A stretch of 64,000 bases of DNA, from assembly GCA_046497465.1 (NCBI GenBank), contig JAWOFO010000043.1, positions 14,966-78,965 on the forward strand. The letters are read 5' to 3'. This document shows positions 18,273 to 27,557 of the stretch, piece by piece. The notes below the pieces were generated by a model. That model was not told where the DNA came from. It was given only the letters and a program-made list of their open reading frames with translations, and made no database searches. A program made the translations under genes and the position numbers. Origin of the DNA: Desulfobia sp. (lineage in GTDB: Bacteria > Desulfobacterota > Desulfobulbia > Desulfobulbales > SURF-16). How positions within the stretch are numbered: position 1 is the stretch's first letter; each line of letters opens with the position of its first letter.

Positions 18273-18917
18273 CTAATGCTCCTTCCTGCCATACTCCTGC
18301 CAATTTTTTTCATACAGCTCATTCAACCTTTTTTCAAGTTCCAGGCGATAGTACTCCACCCCATCACTATCAAGCTTGGCCGGGATATAAAAAGGCTCAT
18401 CGTACCTCATGGTTATAGTAGAGAAAGGCAGAGGCAAGGCAGTCCTGTCCCAGCTGCGGAAATACTTATAACGACTGGCCGACCACCCGATTGGGATAAT
18501 AGGTTTCCCTGTAATACTCGCCAGAAGCACAGCGCCGGGCTGGGCCTGGCGAGCCGGGCCCTGGGAGCCATCCGCCACCATTACTGCCACCCGGCCCTTT
18601 CTGACCTGACGCAGAAGACCCTTAACAGCGCTTACCCCGCCTTTGTTCCGGGACCCGCGAACTGTGGCAAATCCTTTGGACTTCAATAACTTTGCCAATA
18701 TATTACCATCCTTGCTGCTGCTGACCATGGCGGTATAGGGCAGACTTTTAGCGCTGTGGACTATATAGATTACTCCATAATGCCAGAAACTGACAATAAA
18801 GGGTTCACCTGATTCAGCCAGCCTGCGGAAATGTTCATATCCCCTCCTTTTGAGCCTGCAGGTCGAAAACCAGAGGAAAAGAAAAGCGCGGATGAGATAG
18901 GCTAATATTACATCCAT
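18273..18917 (-). CDS. DUF374-domain protein (lysophospholipid acyltransferase-like)
   Basis: 214 aa. An N-terminal hydrophobic segment and FWHYG...[22 protein letters not shown] match my recollection of DUF374. It overlaps the uvrB stop by 10 nt. Confidence 0.65.
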   Translation of the reverse strand: MDVILAYLIRAFLFLWFSTCRLKRRGYEHFRRLAESGEPFIVSFWHYGVIYIVHSAKSLPYTAMVSSSKDGNILAKLLKSKGFATVRGSRNKGGVSAVKGLLRQVRKGRVAVMVADGSQGPARQAQPGAVLLASITGKPIIPIGWSASRYKYFRSWDRTALPLPFSTITMRYDEPFYIPAKLDSDGVEYYRLELEKRLNELYEKNWQEYGRKEH

Positions 18918-20908
18918 TGGAGCTCCCTGTTTTTGAGTACCTGTATTCTATCTCTGAGTTCAGCCGCTTTCTCAAAGGCAAGATCGTCGGCCTGTCTCTT
19001 CATCTCCGCTTCGAGTTCGCTGATTTGCTTCCTGAGTTCCTGCAGGCTCTTATACTCTCTGTTATCCTCAGCGGCCTGCAGCATATCAGAGCTCACCTCT
19101 TCAAACTCCTTTTGATAAACCGTTCCCGCCACATCTTTAACGGTGGAACGAATGGTCCTGGGTTCAATATTGTGTTTCCTGTTAAATTCCTTCTGCAGGC
19201 ATCGCCGGCGTTCTGTCTCTTCAACAGTGTGTTGCATGGAACCGGTAATCTTGTCACCGTACATGATGACCAGGCCGTTGACGTTTCTGGCTGCCCGGCC
19301 GCAGGTCTGAATGAGAGAGCGTTTACTGCGCAGGAAACCCTCCTTGTCTGCATCGAGCACGGCAACCAGTGAGACCTCGGGAATATCAAGACCCTCCCGC
19401 AGGAGATTTATACCCACCAGGACCTGGAATTCCCGCCGGCGCAGTCTCCTGATCAGTTCAATCCGGTCCAGGGTCTTGATATCAGAATGAAGGTACTCAA
19501 CCTTTATACCTAAATTCTGATAGTACTCCTGCAGGTCTTCAGCCATTCTCTTGGTTAAAGTGGTTACCAGCACCCCTTCTCCTGTCTTCTCTCTTTTTCT
19601 GATCTCCTCCAGGAGATCATCAACCTGATTACCGGCCGGCCGGATTTCAACAGCAGGATCAAGCAGGCCGGTGGGCCGGATAATCTGCTCGACTATTCTT
19701 CCTCCGCTAAGCTCTAGTTCCTTGTCTCCCGGAGTAGCAGAAACATAAATAGCCTGGTTGATTCTCTCTTCAAACTCCTCGAACTTCAAGGGCCGATTAT
19801 CAAGGGCCGAAGGCAGCCGGAAACCGTAATCCACCAGGGTCTGTTTCCGGGAGCGGTCGCCATTGTACATTCCCCCTATCTGGGGAATAGTGATATGGCT
19901 CTCATCCGCAAAAAGGACAAAATCATCAGAAAAATAATCCAGTAAGGTCGGGGGCGGAGATCCGGGGCTACGACCGGTGAGATGGCGGCTGTAATTCTCA
20001 ATACCGTTACAGTATCCCAACTCACTTATCATCTCCAGGTCAAACATCGTCCTCTGCTCAAGTCGCTGGGCCTCAAGAAGCCTGTTCTCTTCCCGCAGCC
20101 GGACAAGCCTTTCCCTGAGCTCCTCTTTAATAGTCTCAATAGCCCGGTTAAGCCTTTCCCTGGAAGTCACAAAATGGCTGCCCGGATATACGGTATACTC
20201 CTCCATCCTCTCCAAAACCCGACCCCGCAAAGGATCAACCAGGGATATAGCCTCAATCGTCTCTCCGAAAAACTCGAGCCGAAGAGCCATATCCTCTTCA
20301 TAAACCGGAAAAATATCAACAACATCCCCCCGGACACGAAACGTCCCCCGATGAAAGGAGAAATCGTTACGTTCATAAAGCATATAGACCAGGCGTCTCT
20401 GTAGCTCCTCCAAGGGATACTCCATATCTACCCGGAAAAAAACGTGCATACTCTCATATTCATCCGGAGAACCCAGCCCGTAGATACAGGAGACACTGGC
20501 AACAATCAGCACGTCCCGTCTAGTCAGCAGAGAACGCGTGGCAGAATGACGCATCTTGTCTATGACATCATTTATAGATGAATCTTTTTCAATGTAGGTA
20601 TCTGATTGGGGAATATAGGCTTCAGGCTGATAGTAATCATAGTAACTTACAAAATATTCTACCGCATTCTCAGGAAAAAATTCCTTGAATTCAGCAAATA
20701 GCTGGGCGGCCAAGGTCTTGTTAGGAGCCATGACCAAAGCAGGCCTGTTGGTGGCAGCTATTATCCGGGCCATGGTATGGGTTTTACCTGAACCGGTGAC
20801 TCCCAGGAGGACCTGATCTCTGGTCCCCTTGTTAATACCGCGGCTCAGGATCTCGATAGCCCCGGCTTGATCACCTGCAGGATCAAACGGTGAATGGATT
20901 CTAAACAT
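18908..20908 (-). CDS. uvrB: excinuclease ABC subunit B
   Basis: 666 aa with GVTGSGKT, helicase motifs, and a C-terminal UVR domain (AAELRDRI). Confidence 0.95.
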   Translation of the reverse strand: MFRIHSPFDPAGDQAGAIEILSRGINKGTRDQVLLGVTGSGKTHTMARIIAATNRPALVMAPNKTLAAQLFAEFKEFFPENAVEYFVSYYDYYQPEAYIPQSDTYIEKDSSINDVIDKMRHSATRSLLTRRDVLIVASVSCIYGLGSPDEYESMHVFFRVDMEYPLEELQRRLVYMLYERNDFSFHRGTFRVRGDVVDIFPVYEEDMALRLEFFGETIEAISLVDPLRGRVLERMEEYTVYPGSHFVTSRERLNRAIETIKEELRERLVRLREENRLLEAQRLEQRTMFDLEMISELGYCNGIENYSRHLTGRSPGSPPPTLLDYFSDDFVLFADESHITIPQIGGMYNGDRSRKQTLVDYGFRLPSALDNRPLKFEEFEERINQAIYVSATPGDKELELSGGRIVEQIIRPTGLLDPAVEIRPAGNQVDDLLEEIRKREKTGEGVLVTTLTKRMAEDLQEYYQNLGIKVEYLHSDIKTLDRIELIRRLRRREFQVLVGINLLREGLDIPEVSLVAVLDADKEGFLRSKRSLIQTCGRAARNVNGLVIMYGDKITGSMQHTVEETERRRCLQKEFNRKHNIEPRTIRSTVKDVAGTVYQKEFEEVSSDMLQAAEDNREYKSLQELRKQISELEAEMKRQADDLAFEKAAELRDRIQVLKNRELQWM

Positions 20909-20962
20909 AAAAAAGGCTCAAAGTTCGGAAGTTAGGATCTATGGCATCTTAAACCTTACGTC

Positions 20963-21937
20963 TTACCTGTGTTCATAGCCCTGAAAGGTTATATCCTGAC
21001 GATTCTCTCCGTCACACAAAATCACTCCGGAGCCTTTTACCATCCGGCCCACCGGATACAGAGTTCTGTGACTGCCAACAGCCAGTCTTGTCACTGCCTC
21101 CCGGTTTTCCGGGTCAGTCGTAAAAAGGAGCTGATAGTCTCCCCCCCCTTTTAAGGCCCAATCAAAAGCGCTAAGGCCAAGCTCCCGGGCCAGACCGGTG
21201 AATTCTCTGGTAAAAGGTATATCCTTCTGAAATACTTCGGCCCCAACTCCGCTGGCCCCGCAAATATGAGCAAGATCGGTAGCCAGACCATCCGAGAGAT
21301 CAATCATGGCATGAACCAGACCGCTTCGGGCCAGAAGACCACCCAGTTCCAAGCGGGGCTCAGGAGAAAGATGGGCACTGACAAGAGAGGGATAGCTGTT
21401 CTTAAGACCGGGGGCGTTACGGCAGATCTCCAGACCGGCGGCAGCCTCTCCCAGCGGACCGCTGACCCAGACAAGATCCCCTTCCCTGGCCCCGGAACGA
21501 TAGCAGACCTTATCTTTATCCATCTCACCAATAACAGTAACGGTTATCATAAAACCGCCCTTGCTGTTTACCGTATCTCCCCCTATCAGCCTCACCTGAT
21601 AGTCCTGAAGCCTTTCCTCGAATCCCTGAAGAAAGGAATCGAGCCAATTTTCGCAACCCCGGGAAAGTCCCAACGCCAGAAGGGCAAACCTGGGCTGCCC
21701 TCCCATGGCGGCAATATCACTGACATTAACACTCACCGCTTTAGCTCCCAGAAGTTCAGGAGGATGCCAGCTGAGATCAAAATGCACTGACTCTATCAGG
21801 CTATCGCAGGTAATTAACTGCACCTTATTGTCCGAAGGCCTTAAAACCGCACAGTCATCCCCTATACCGGCAAAAAGATCCGCGGTTTTCTTTTCCTCAT
21901 GTCTTTTGATACAAGCTATGATATCCCTTTCAGTCAT
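20963..21937 (-). CDS. thiL: thiamine-monophosphate kinase
   Basis: AIR-synthase-like fold with GIGDDCAVL, NVSDIAAMGG and IDLSDGLATDL. The start is moved to ATG 21937 (MTERDIIACI...). The upstream 47 codons of the track ORF overlap the neighbouring gene. Confidence 0.85.
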   Translation of the reverse strand: MTERDIIACIKRHEEKKTADLFAGIGDDCAVLRPSDNKVQLITCDSLIESVHFDLSWHPPELLGAKAVSVNVSDIAAMGGQPRFALLALGLSRGCENWLDSFLQGFEERLQDYQVRLIGGDTVNSKGGFMITVTVIGEMDKDKVCYRSGAREGDLVWVSGPLGEAAAGLEICRNAPGLKNSYPSLVSAHLSPEPRLELGGLLARSGLVHAMIDLSDGLATDLAHICGASGVGAEVFQKDIPFTREFTGLARELGLSAFDWALKGGGDYQLLFTTDPENREAVTRLAVGSHRTLYPVGRMVKGSGVILCDGENRQDITFQGYEHR

Positions 21938-21956
21938 TCTTCCGGACCCCTGATTC

Positions 21957-22334
21957 CTATTTAATAACCCGTAATCTTGCTTTACCACTATACTCATCCT
22001 TATCAGGATTATCAGAAGATGGTGGAGGGAGATCAGGGTCTTCAAAAAAATCAACTGCCTTGATGTAATGTTTAACACCTCCCATAGTAAAAATTTCCTG
22101 ACCGGTAAACTGGGGCAAACGCAGAGTCCAGGTCACCTTCTGCGGAGGAATGGAAAGCAGCTGCATGGTAAGGTGCCACCATTCCTCTTTTTTTACAGTA
22201 TCACACTGAAAACCGATGACTAAAGCATAAATAAGCGACTGAGGATTTTCCATGACTATGACAACAATGTCGCCGATATCGGTCGTCTCCTTGAATTTAA
22301 AGAGCTTATGAAGCTCCCTGATCATTTCATCCAT
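21957..22334 (-). CDS. hypothetical protein (125 aa)
   Basis: ATG-initiated ORF in the same direction as, and immediately upstream of, thiL. The coding frame is clean and no motif was recognised. Confidence 0.5.
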   Translation of the reverse strand: MDEMIRELHKLFKFKETTDIGDIVVIVMENPQSLIYALVIGFQCDTVKKEEWWHLTMQLLSIPPQKVTWTLRLPQFTGQEIFTMGGVKHYIKAVDFFEDPDLPPPSSDNPDKDEYSGKARLRVIK

Positions 22335-22451
22335 TTTTGTATTCCCAATATTGATATTTTAGACCTAAAAGTTTAGGTTTTAATCTTGTAAAGTAATTTC
22401 CTGAATGGTCTATTATATAATACTCCCTAATGGTCATTTCTTAAAATTACT

Positions 22452-22480
22452 GGAACTTTTCAAACAGAAAATATATCTAA
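22452..22480 (+). promoter_or_regulatory. candidate ECF-sigma (RpoE-type) autoregulated promoter
   Basis: GGAACTT (22452-22458), a 17-nt spacer, then TCTAA (22476-22480), 86 nt upstream of the ECF sigma ATG. Confidence 0.45.
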
Positions 22481-22565
22481 AAAACAATAATAAATAAATG
22501 GGTCGCCTTAAAATAAACGACTTTCATTATCCCTTCCGGTCTAATCATTCTTCTGCTGGTGTACC

Positions 22566-23147
22566 ATGACCGACAACAGCAGTACAGAGAACACCGGTGA
22601 GCTGGTAAGGTCATTCAGATCGGGAGATATACAGGCTTTTAACAGACTGGTACTTATATATCAAAACAGGATATACAACCTGGCATTGAACTATGTCAAA
22701 AATCCTGAAGAAGCAAAAGACCTTACCCAGGATATATTTGTCAACGTTTACCTTGCCATACATAGTCTGCGGGAGGATAATAAGTTTTCAGCCTGGCTTT
22801 ACAGAATTGCTGTAAACAAATGCCGTAATCACTATAACAGACTGAACCGGCGTGGTTTTTTCCTTAATAAATCACTTGATGACGAAAATACCGGCATACA
22901 GTTAAAAGGTGAAAAAGGTCCTGAACTGGCTTTAGAGAAAGAAGATTTAACTAACCAGGTGAGAACAGGAATAAATTCATTAAAAAAAAACGAACGGGAT
23001 ATCCTGGTCCTAAGAGATTTGCAGGGTCTGTCTTATGAAGAAATAAGCACCATTCTGAAAATGCCGCTCGGAACAGTTAAATCAAAACTGAACCGGGCCA
23101 GGGCAGCCTTGAAAAAACAACTAAAGTCAATTTATAAAGAGTTATGA
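22566..23147 (+). CDS. ECF-family RNA polymerase sigma factor
   Basis: 193 aa with sigma-70 region 2 (DLTQDIFVNVY...WLYRIAVNKCRNH) and region 4 (LRDLQGLSYEEISTILKMPLGTVKSKLNRAR). Confidence 0.9.
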   Translation: MTDNSSTENTGELVRSFRSGDIQAFNRLVLIYQNRIYNLALNYVKNPEEAKDLTQDIFVNVYLAIHSLREDNKFSAWLYRIAVNKCRNHYNRLNRRGFFLNKSLDDENTGIQLKGEKGPELALEKEDLTNQVRTGINSLKKNERDILVLRDLQGLSYEEISTILKMPLGTVKSKLNRARAALKKQLKSIYKEL

Positions 23148-24076
23148 AAGCCATTAGCTGTCAAAAATGCCAAAAACTACTTTCACTCTATATTGACTCC
23201 GCCCTTGATCCGAAAAGCAACAGCAGGGTAGAGGCCCATATCAAGGAGTGCAGCAAATGCGCTGAGGAATGGCGGCTCATGAACAGGACTGTTCAACTTC
23301 TCCACAATATGCCGAAGACAAAGGCACCGGCCTCCCTGGTCCACGATATTCACCTTAAACTGGAAAAAAGAAGTTATCTTGACTTAATCAGAAACCGTGT
23401 TAACGTCCTTCCTCTTAAAAGAACATTTTACGGGGCAGTCAGTCTGATTTTTATCGGAGTTGCCACCGCCGTCCTGATACAGAATATTAAATATCCTCAT
23501 TCCGATTCGATTCAGCTTGCAGGAAACCAGGAAGAAAAAGAGAATATCGTTTCACTCCGGGATAAAAAAACAGGATCAACAGTGCTGGCTAAAAATGGTG
23601 ATATCTCTTCGAAAGAGCATTATCCTGATATTCCGCCTCTTTCCGAATACAAACCGGGAATGAGGCTGCCTTATGCCTATGATTACAGCAGATTGAGCCT
23701 GTCAGGCAGTAAAACCAGATCAAATGGGGTTGATCTGGTCTCCTCCGGTAATTATTACCAGCAGAATCGATACCACTCCCTTTTCTTAACCAACTTTCCT
23801 GATTTAAAGAATGAACAAACAGGACCTGACCTGCGGATAATATTATTCCCGCAAAGTGAAAAAGAAAAAAACCGGCAGATAAACAGGCTGGCTCATTCTT
23901 CTGCCTGGCAGACCAGGGATCGCAGGAACAATAGCCTGCTGCTCTTGGTTCCCGCTGAAAATCTTGACCTGCTCGCTTCGCTATGTTCCCAGTATAAGGG
24001 CTACTCATTTCAAAGCCTGCAGGGCAAAGGGAAGCAAGGCCGAAGACGCCACCTTGTTTCCGTGCACTGGCATTAA
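23144..24076 (+). CDS. anti-sigma factor (zf-HC2 type, single-pass membrane)
   Basis: N-terminal C-x2-C ... H-x3-C-x2-C motif (CQKCQKLL...HIKECSKCAEEW) and one TM segment (AVSLIFIGVATAVLI). Translationally coupled to the sigma gene. Confidence 0.7.
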   Translation: MKAISCQKCQKLLSLYIDSALDPKSNSRVEAHIKECSKCAEEWRLMNRTVQLLHNMPKTKAPASLVHDIHLKLEKRSYLDLIRNRVNVLPLKRTFYGAVSLIFIGVATAVLIQNIKYPHSDSIQLAGNQEEKENIVSLRDKKTGSTVLAKNGDISSKEHYPDIPPLSEYKPGMRLPYAYDYSRLSLSGSKTRSNGVDLVSSGNYYQQNRYHSLFLTNFPDLKNEQTGPDLRIILFPQSEKEKNRQINRLAHSSAWQTRDRRNNSLLLLVPAENLDLLASLCSQYKGYSFQSLQGKGKQGRRRHLVSVHWH

Positions 24077-24153
24077 ATACATTTGCTGGTTTGACTGATA
24101 AAAAACAGGGCTGACAAAACCGATTAAACCAAAACCAAAAAGGATTACTCATC

Positions 24154-25560
24154 ATGCAACTGAAAAAAAGAAAAATCTTGCTAATGACTATATTAACAGG
24201 CCTGACTTTCTTATTTATCAGCAGTCAATCCCTGGCTGCCAGACTTAGTTCTTTTGCCGACCTGGTTGACAAGTATGGCCCGACAGTGGTCAATATTTAT
24301 ACCACTCAGACGGTGGAAACACCCCTCCACCAGTTCCCTTTCCCGGAACACTCCGAGATACCCGAGTTTTTCAAACATTTCTTTGACTATCCTGATCTCA
24401 ATGGAAAGAAAAGATCCCGTAAACACAAAAGGACCAGTCTCGGTTCAGGGGTGATCATCTCAAAAGACGGCTATATCATGACCAATCATCACGTAATAGA
24501 AAATGCGGATGAGGTACATGTCCGTTTTGCCGACCACAGAGAACTAAATGCTGAAATTATCGGTACGGATAAAAAAAGCGACCTCGCTCTTATCAAGATC
24601 GAGCCGGATGAAGAACTGCCGGCTGTCACCTTTGGGAACTCTGACAATCTGCGGGTCGGGGACTGGGTAGTCGCCATAGGTAACCCTTTCGGTCTTGAAC
24701 AGACTGTCACCGCAGGTATTGTCAGCGGTAAGGGCAGAACGCTGGGAGCAAATTCATATGAAAACTTCATTCAAACTGACGCTTCAATAAACCCCGGTAA
24801 CTCAGGCGGCCCGCTTTTCACCCCCGAGGGCGAGATGGTTGGTATTAACACCGCGATATACAGCCGCACAGGAGGCAACATAGGCATAGGCTTTGCCGTA
24901 CCGGTAAACAATGCGAAATACGTAGTTGAGCAATTGAAAGAACACCATGAGGTAATTCGGGGTTGGCTGGGAGTGATGATCCAGACGGTCAACCAGGATA
25001 TAGCTGACCAGTTCGGACTGCAAGAGCCTAAAGGCGCGCTGGTTGGAGAAGTAGTGTCAGGAAGTCCGGCTGACAAGGCAGGGATCAAGCCCGGAGATAT
25101 TATAACCTGTTTTAACGGCCATGAAATAGAAGAGATGCGGACACTGCCCAATAAGGTTGCCCAGACCCCGGTAGGTAAAGATGTCCAGATAACTGTCTTC
25201 AGGGACGGTAAAGAGAAAAAATTTTCAGTAACCGTCGGCAAACTTGAGGATAAAGAGCTGAGCCGGGAAGCAGAGACTAAAACCACCGAGATGGGCCTGA
25301 GTCTCCAGAAACTTACCCCTGAACTGGCTCAATCTCTTAATGTTGATGAGACAGAAGGTATAATTATCACTGATGTAAAACGAGGCTCTACCGGCCATCT
25401 GGCAGGCCTGCGCCGGGGTGATATAATCCTGGAAATAAACCGTAAGGAAGTAAAGAATCTGAAAGATTTCAGTAAGGCAATTGAAGAAAGCGGCGGAAGT
25501 ATCCTGATGTTAATCAAGAGAGATGACCATACCCGCTTTGTGGTAATAAGGCAGAATTAA
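24154..25560 (+). CDS. periplasmic serine endoprotease of the DegP/HtrA family (two PDZ domains)
   Basis: 468 aa with a signal peptide, catalytic TNHHV, DLALIK and GNSGGPL, and two PDZ-like regions. Confidence 0.9.
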   Translation: MQLKKRKILLMTILTGLTFLFISSQSLAARLSSFADLVDKYGPTVVNIYTTQTVETPLHQFPFPEHSEIPEFFKHFFDYPDLNGKKRSRKHKRTSLGSGVIISKDGYIMTNHHVIENADEVHVRFADHRELNAEIIGTDKKSDLALIKIEPDEELPAVTFGNSDNLRVGDWVVAIGNPFGLEQTVTAGIVSGKGRTLGANSYENFIQTDASINPGNSGGPLFTPEGEMVGINTAIYSRTGGNIGIGFAVPVNNAKYVVEQLKEHHEVIRGWLGVMIQTVNQDIADQFGLQEPKGALVGEVVSGSPADKAGIKPGDIITCFNGHEIEEMRTLPNKVAQTPVGKDVQITVFRDGKEKKFSVTVGKLEDKELSREAETKTTEMGLSLQKLTPELAQSLNVDETEGIIITDVKRGSTGHLAGLRRGDIILEINRKEVKNLKDFSKAIEESGGSILMLIKRDDHTRFVVIRQN

Positions 25561-25610
25561 ACCTGCCGCCAAGGTTGGGCTGAATACCCCCCTATTAAAG
25601 ATTGAAAACC

Positions 25611-25641
25611 GCCGGAGGGAGATAACTTCATCCCCTCCGGC
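25611..25641 (+). terminator. stem-loop downstream of the htrA-like gene
   Basis: GCCGGAGGG (25611-25619) pairs with CCCTCCGGC (25633-25641) across a 13-nt loop. It is not followed by a T-tract. Confidence 0.35.
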
Positions 25642-25706
25642 CTGGCAGGCAGTTCAAACTCACCAGCAGGTGAGCGGCCAGGAATCCCCGAAAAAAGTGG
25701 TAAATA

Positions 25707-26447
25707 ATGACCCTTATTGCAATCAACTTCCATGGTGACCTGGGCAGCCTGCTCAACAGAAAATGGCGGGAAAAATCTACTGTTGCTTACCGCCTTGAGC
25801 GCCGGGCCTCTATCAAGGACATTATCGAATCTCTAGGCATTCCCCATACTGAAATAGATCGATTGATCACCGGCAACAGGGCAATCGATTTCCACCATAT
25901 CCCGGAAACAGAAGAAAACATCTCGGTTTTTCCGGTATCAGAGCAAACCGATTTCTTCAGCCCTAGCCTTTTACGTCCCATCCCCTTACCCGGACTGCGT
26001 TTTATTGCTGACGTAAATACAGGCAAACTGGCCAAGAATTTAAGACTCCTGGGCTTTGACACTCTCTACGGCAAGAACCTGACTGATAATTTACTGGCAG
26101 AAACCGCCGCCCGTGAAAAACGTATAGTCTTGAGTAAGGATAAGGGGGTCTTAATGCGGAAAACGGTAATCTGGGGACACCTGGTCAGAAGCGATGAACC
26201 TGAAAAACAACTGACTGAAACCATCCGCTTATTCAGACTCAAGGAAGCAGTTGACCCCTTTACCAGATGCCAGCACTGTAACTGCAGGCTGACTCCTGTT
26301 GCCAAAAAAAGTATTTACCACCTTCTCGAACCCTTAACCCAAAAGTACTACCACAGTTTCCAGATCTGTGAAAATTGCGGCCAGATCTACTGGGCTGGCT
26401 CACACCGGCAGAAAATGGATGAAAAGTTCAGCAAGATACTCTCATAA
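25707..26447 (+). CDS. Mut7-C (DUF82) PIN-like RNase-domain protein with a C-terminal zinc ribbon
   Basis: 246 aa with FIADVNTGKLAKNLRLLGFD, LSKDKG, and CQHCNCRL...CENCGQIYW. Confidence 0.65.
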   Translation: MTLIAINFHGDLGSLLNRKWREKSTVAYRLERRASIKDIIESLGIPHTEIDRLITGNRAIDFHHIPETEENISVFPVSEQTDFFSPSLLRPIPLPGLRFIADVNTGKLAKNLRLLGFDTLYGKNLTDNLLAETAAREKRIVLSKDKGVLMRKTVIWGHLVRSDEPEKQLTETIRLFRLKEAVDPFTRCQHCNCRLTPVAKKSIYHLLEPLTQKYYHSFQICENCGQIYWAGSHRQKMDEKFSKILS

Positions 26448-26690
26448 TCAGCTCGGGCATCTCAACTCCGGCATGTTTTATTAATTTTTCAAGCAGGGTG
26501 TTCCAGGCTCATAAACTGTTTTTTTAGTTGTTATCGCCTAATTAACTTGATATCCTGAGAATCTACTGAGAAGATAAAAAATCTTATAATCCCCGGAACT
26601 CTCTGTTAATTAAATCCCAGACAGAGAAGGAGGAGAACATAGTATGAAAGCAGCAGTGGTGCATTCAAGCCTGCTGGAGGAGTTAAAGAT

Positions 26691-27200
26691 TTGCGCAGAA
26701 TAAAAGGGGACCTGGGATTAATGGAACTTTCCGAACTTCTGCAATGGGCGGAAATGGGACAAAAATACGGTACTCTGACTGTTGTCTCGCAGGAAATTTA
26801 CAAACACTTTTTCTTTCAGCAGGGCGAATTGATCTACCTCTGTTCCCGAAAGAGAGGGGAACAGCTGGGAGAATTTCTTCTGGCAGGCAACTATCTCACC
26901 AGAACCCAACTCTCTGAAGCCCTCAAAAAGAGCCGGGAACTCGGCATTACCTTTGTGGCCTACATGATCTCTAATAAGTTTCTAAGTAAAGATCAGGCTA
27001 CTCAGGCCATGAAAAATCTGGCCCTGACTTCCATTACTGATGCCCTCAAATGGCAAACCGGCCTCTTTGAATTTATGGAAGAAATTCCCGAATCGGTTCT
27101 AAAGGGTCCTATAAAACTCAATGCCAGCCAACTGCTTATGCTGTCGGCAGTACAGTATGACCACGAATTGTTATCAACCGAATCCTGGCATTCAAGGTAA
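26691..27200 (+). CDS. DUF4388-domain protein
   Basis: 169 aa. IKGDLGLMELSELLQWAEMGQKYGTLTV fits the DUF4388 N-terminal signature as I recall it. The start is TTG 26691, and an ATG at 26721 would truncate the domain. Confidence 0.55.
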   Translation: MRRIKGDLGLMELSELLQWAEMGQKYGTLTVVSQEIYKHFFFQQGELIYLCSRKRGEQLGEFLLAGNYLTRTQLSEALKKSRELGITFVAYMISNKFLSKDQATQAMKNLALTSITDALKWQTGLFEFMEEIPESVLKGPIKLNASQLLMLSAVQYDHELLSTESWHSR

Positions 27201-27255
27201 ATCCTAAAAGTATTCAGAGCTAGAAAGGGTGGTCAGATTTCCAGATGCGGCTCTT

Positions 27256-27516
27256 TTAACCAACAGAAATCCTGCTTTTTGCCTTTTCAATCAAATCCAG
27301 CAAGGTGGTCATCTTGGCATCCGGCCTTTTAAAAATCTGCTCCTGTTCCTCCATAGAGTAATGGTAGTTGATATAATCCTGTACAGGTATCTTTTCGAAC
27401 CAGCAGTCAAGAATTCTGAAGCAGGGAAAACCACCCTGAACCGTCCTGCAGTAGGAAAACGGTACCTCATGACCAAGCATTCGGCAGTATACGGATTGCG
27501 AATCAAATCGTTTCAT
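27256..27516 (-). CDS. small Cys-containing hypothetical protein (86 aa)
   Basis: ATG-initiated and 41 nt downstream of the trpB2 stop on the same strand. It has four Cys (C-x11-C-x8-C-x5-C). Two competing overlapping ORFs look less protein-like. Confidence 0.4.
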   Translation of the reverse strand: MKRFDSQSVYCRMLGHEVPFSYCRTVQGGFPCFRILDCWFEKIPVQDYINYHYSMEEQEQIFKRPDAKMTTLLDLIEKAKSRISVG

Positions 27517-27557
27517 TGTTCTTCAAGACTATCAATTGTAAAAACTGAAAAATCTTT

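Noticed and set aside
20963-22078. Full-length 371-aa version of the thiL ORF with a GTG start at 22078
   Set aside because: Its N-terminal 47 codons are hydrophobic junk overlapping the 21957-22334 gene. ThiL homology begins at the ATG at 21937.
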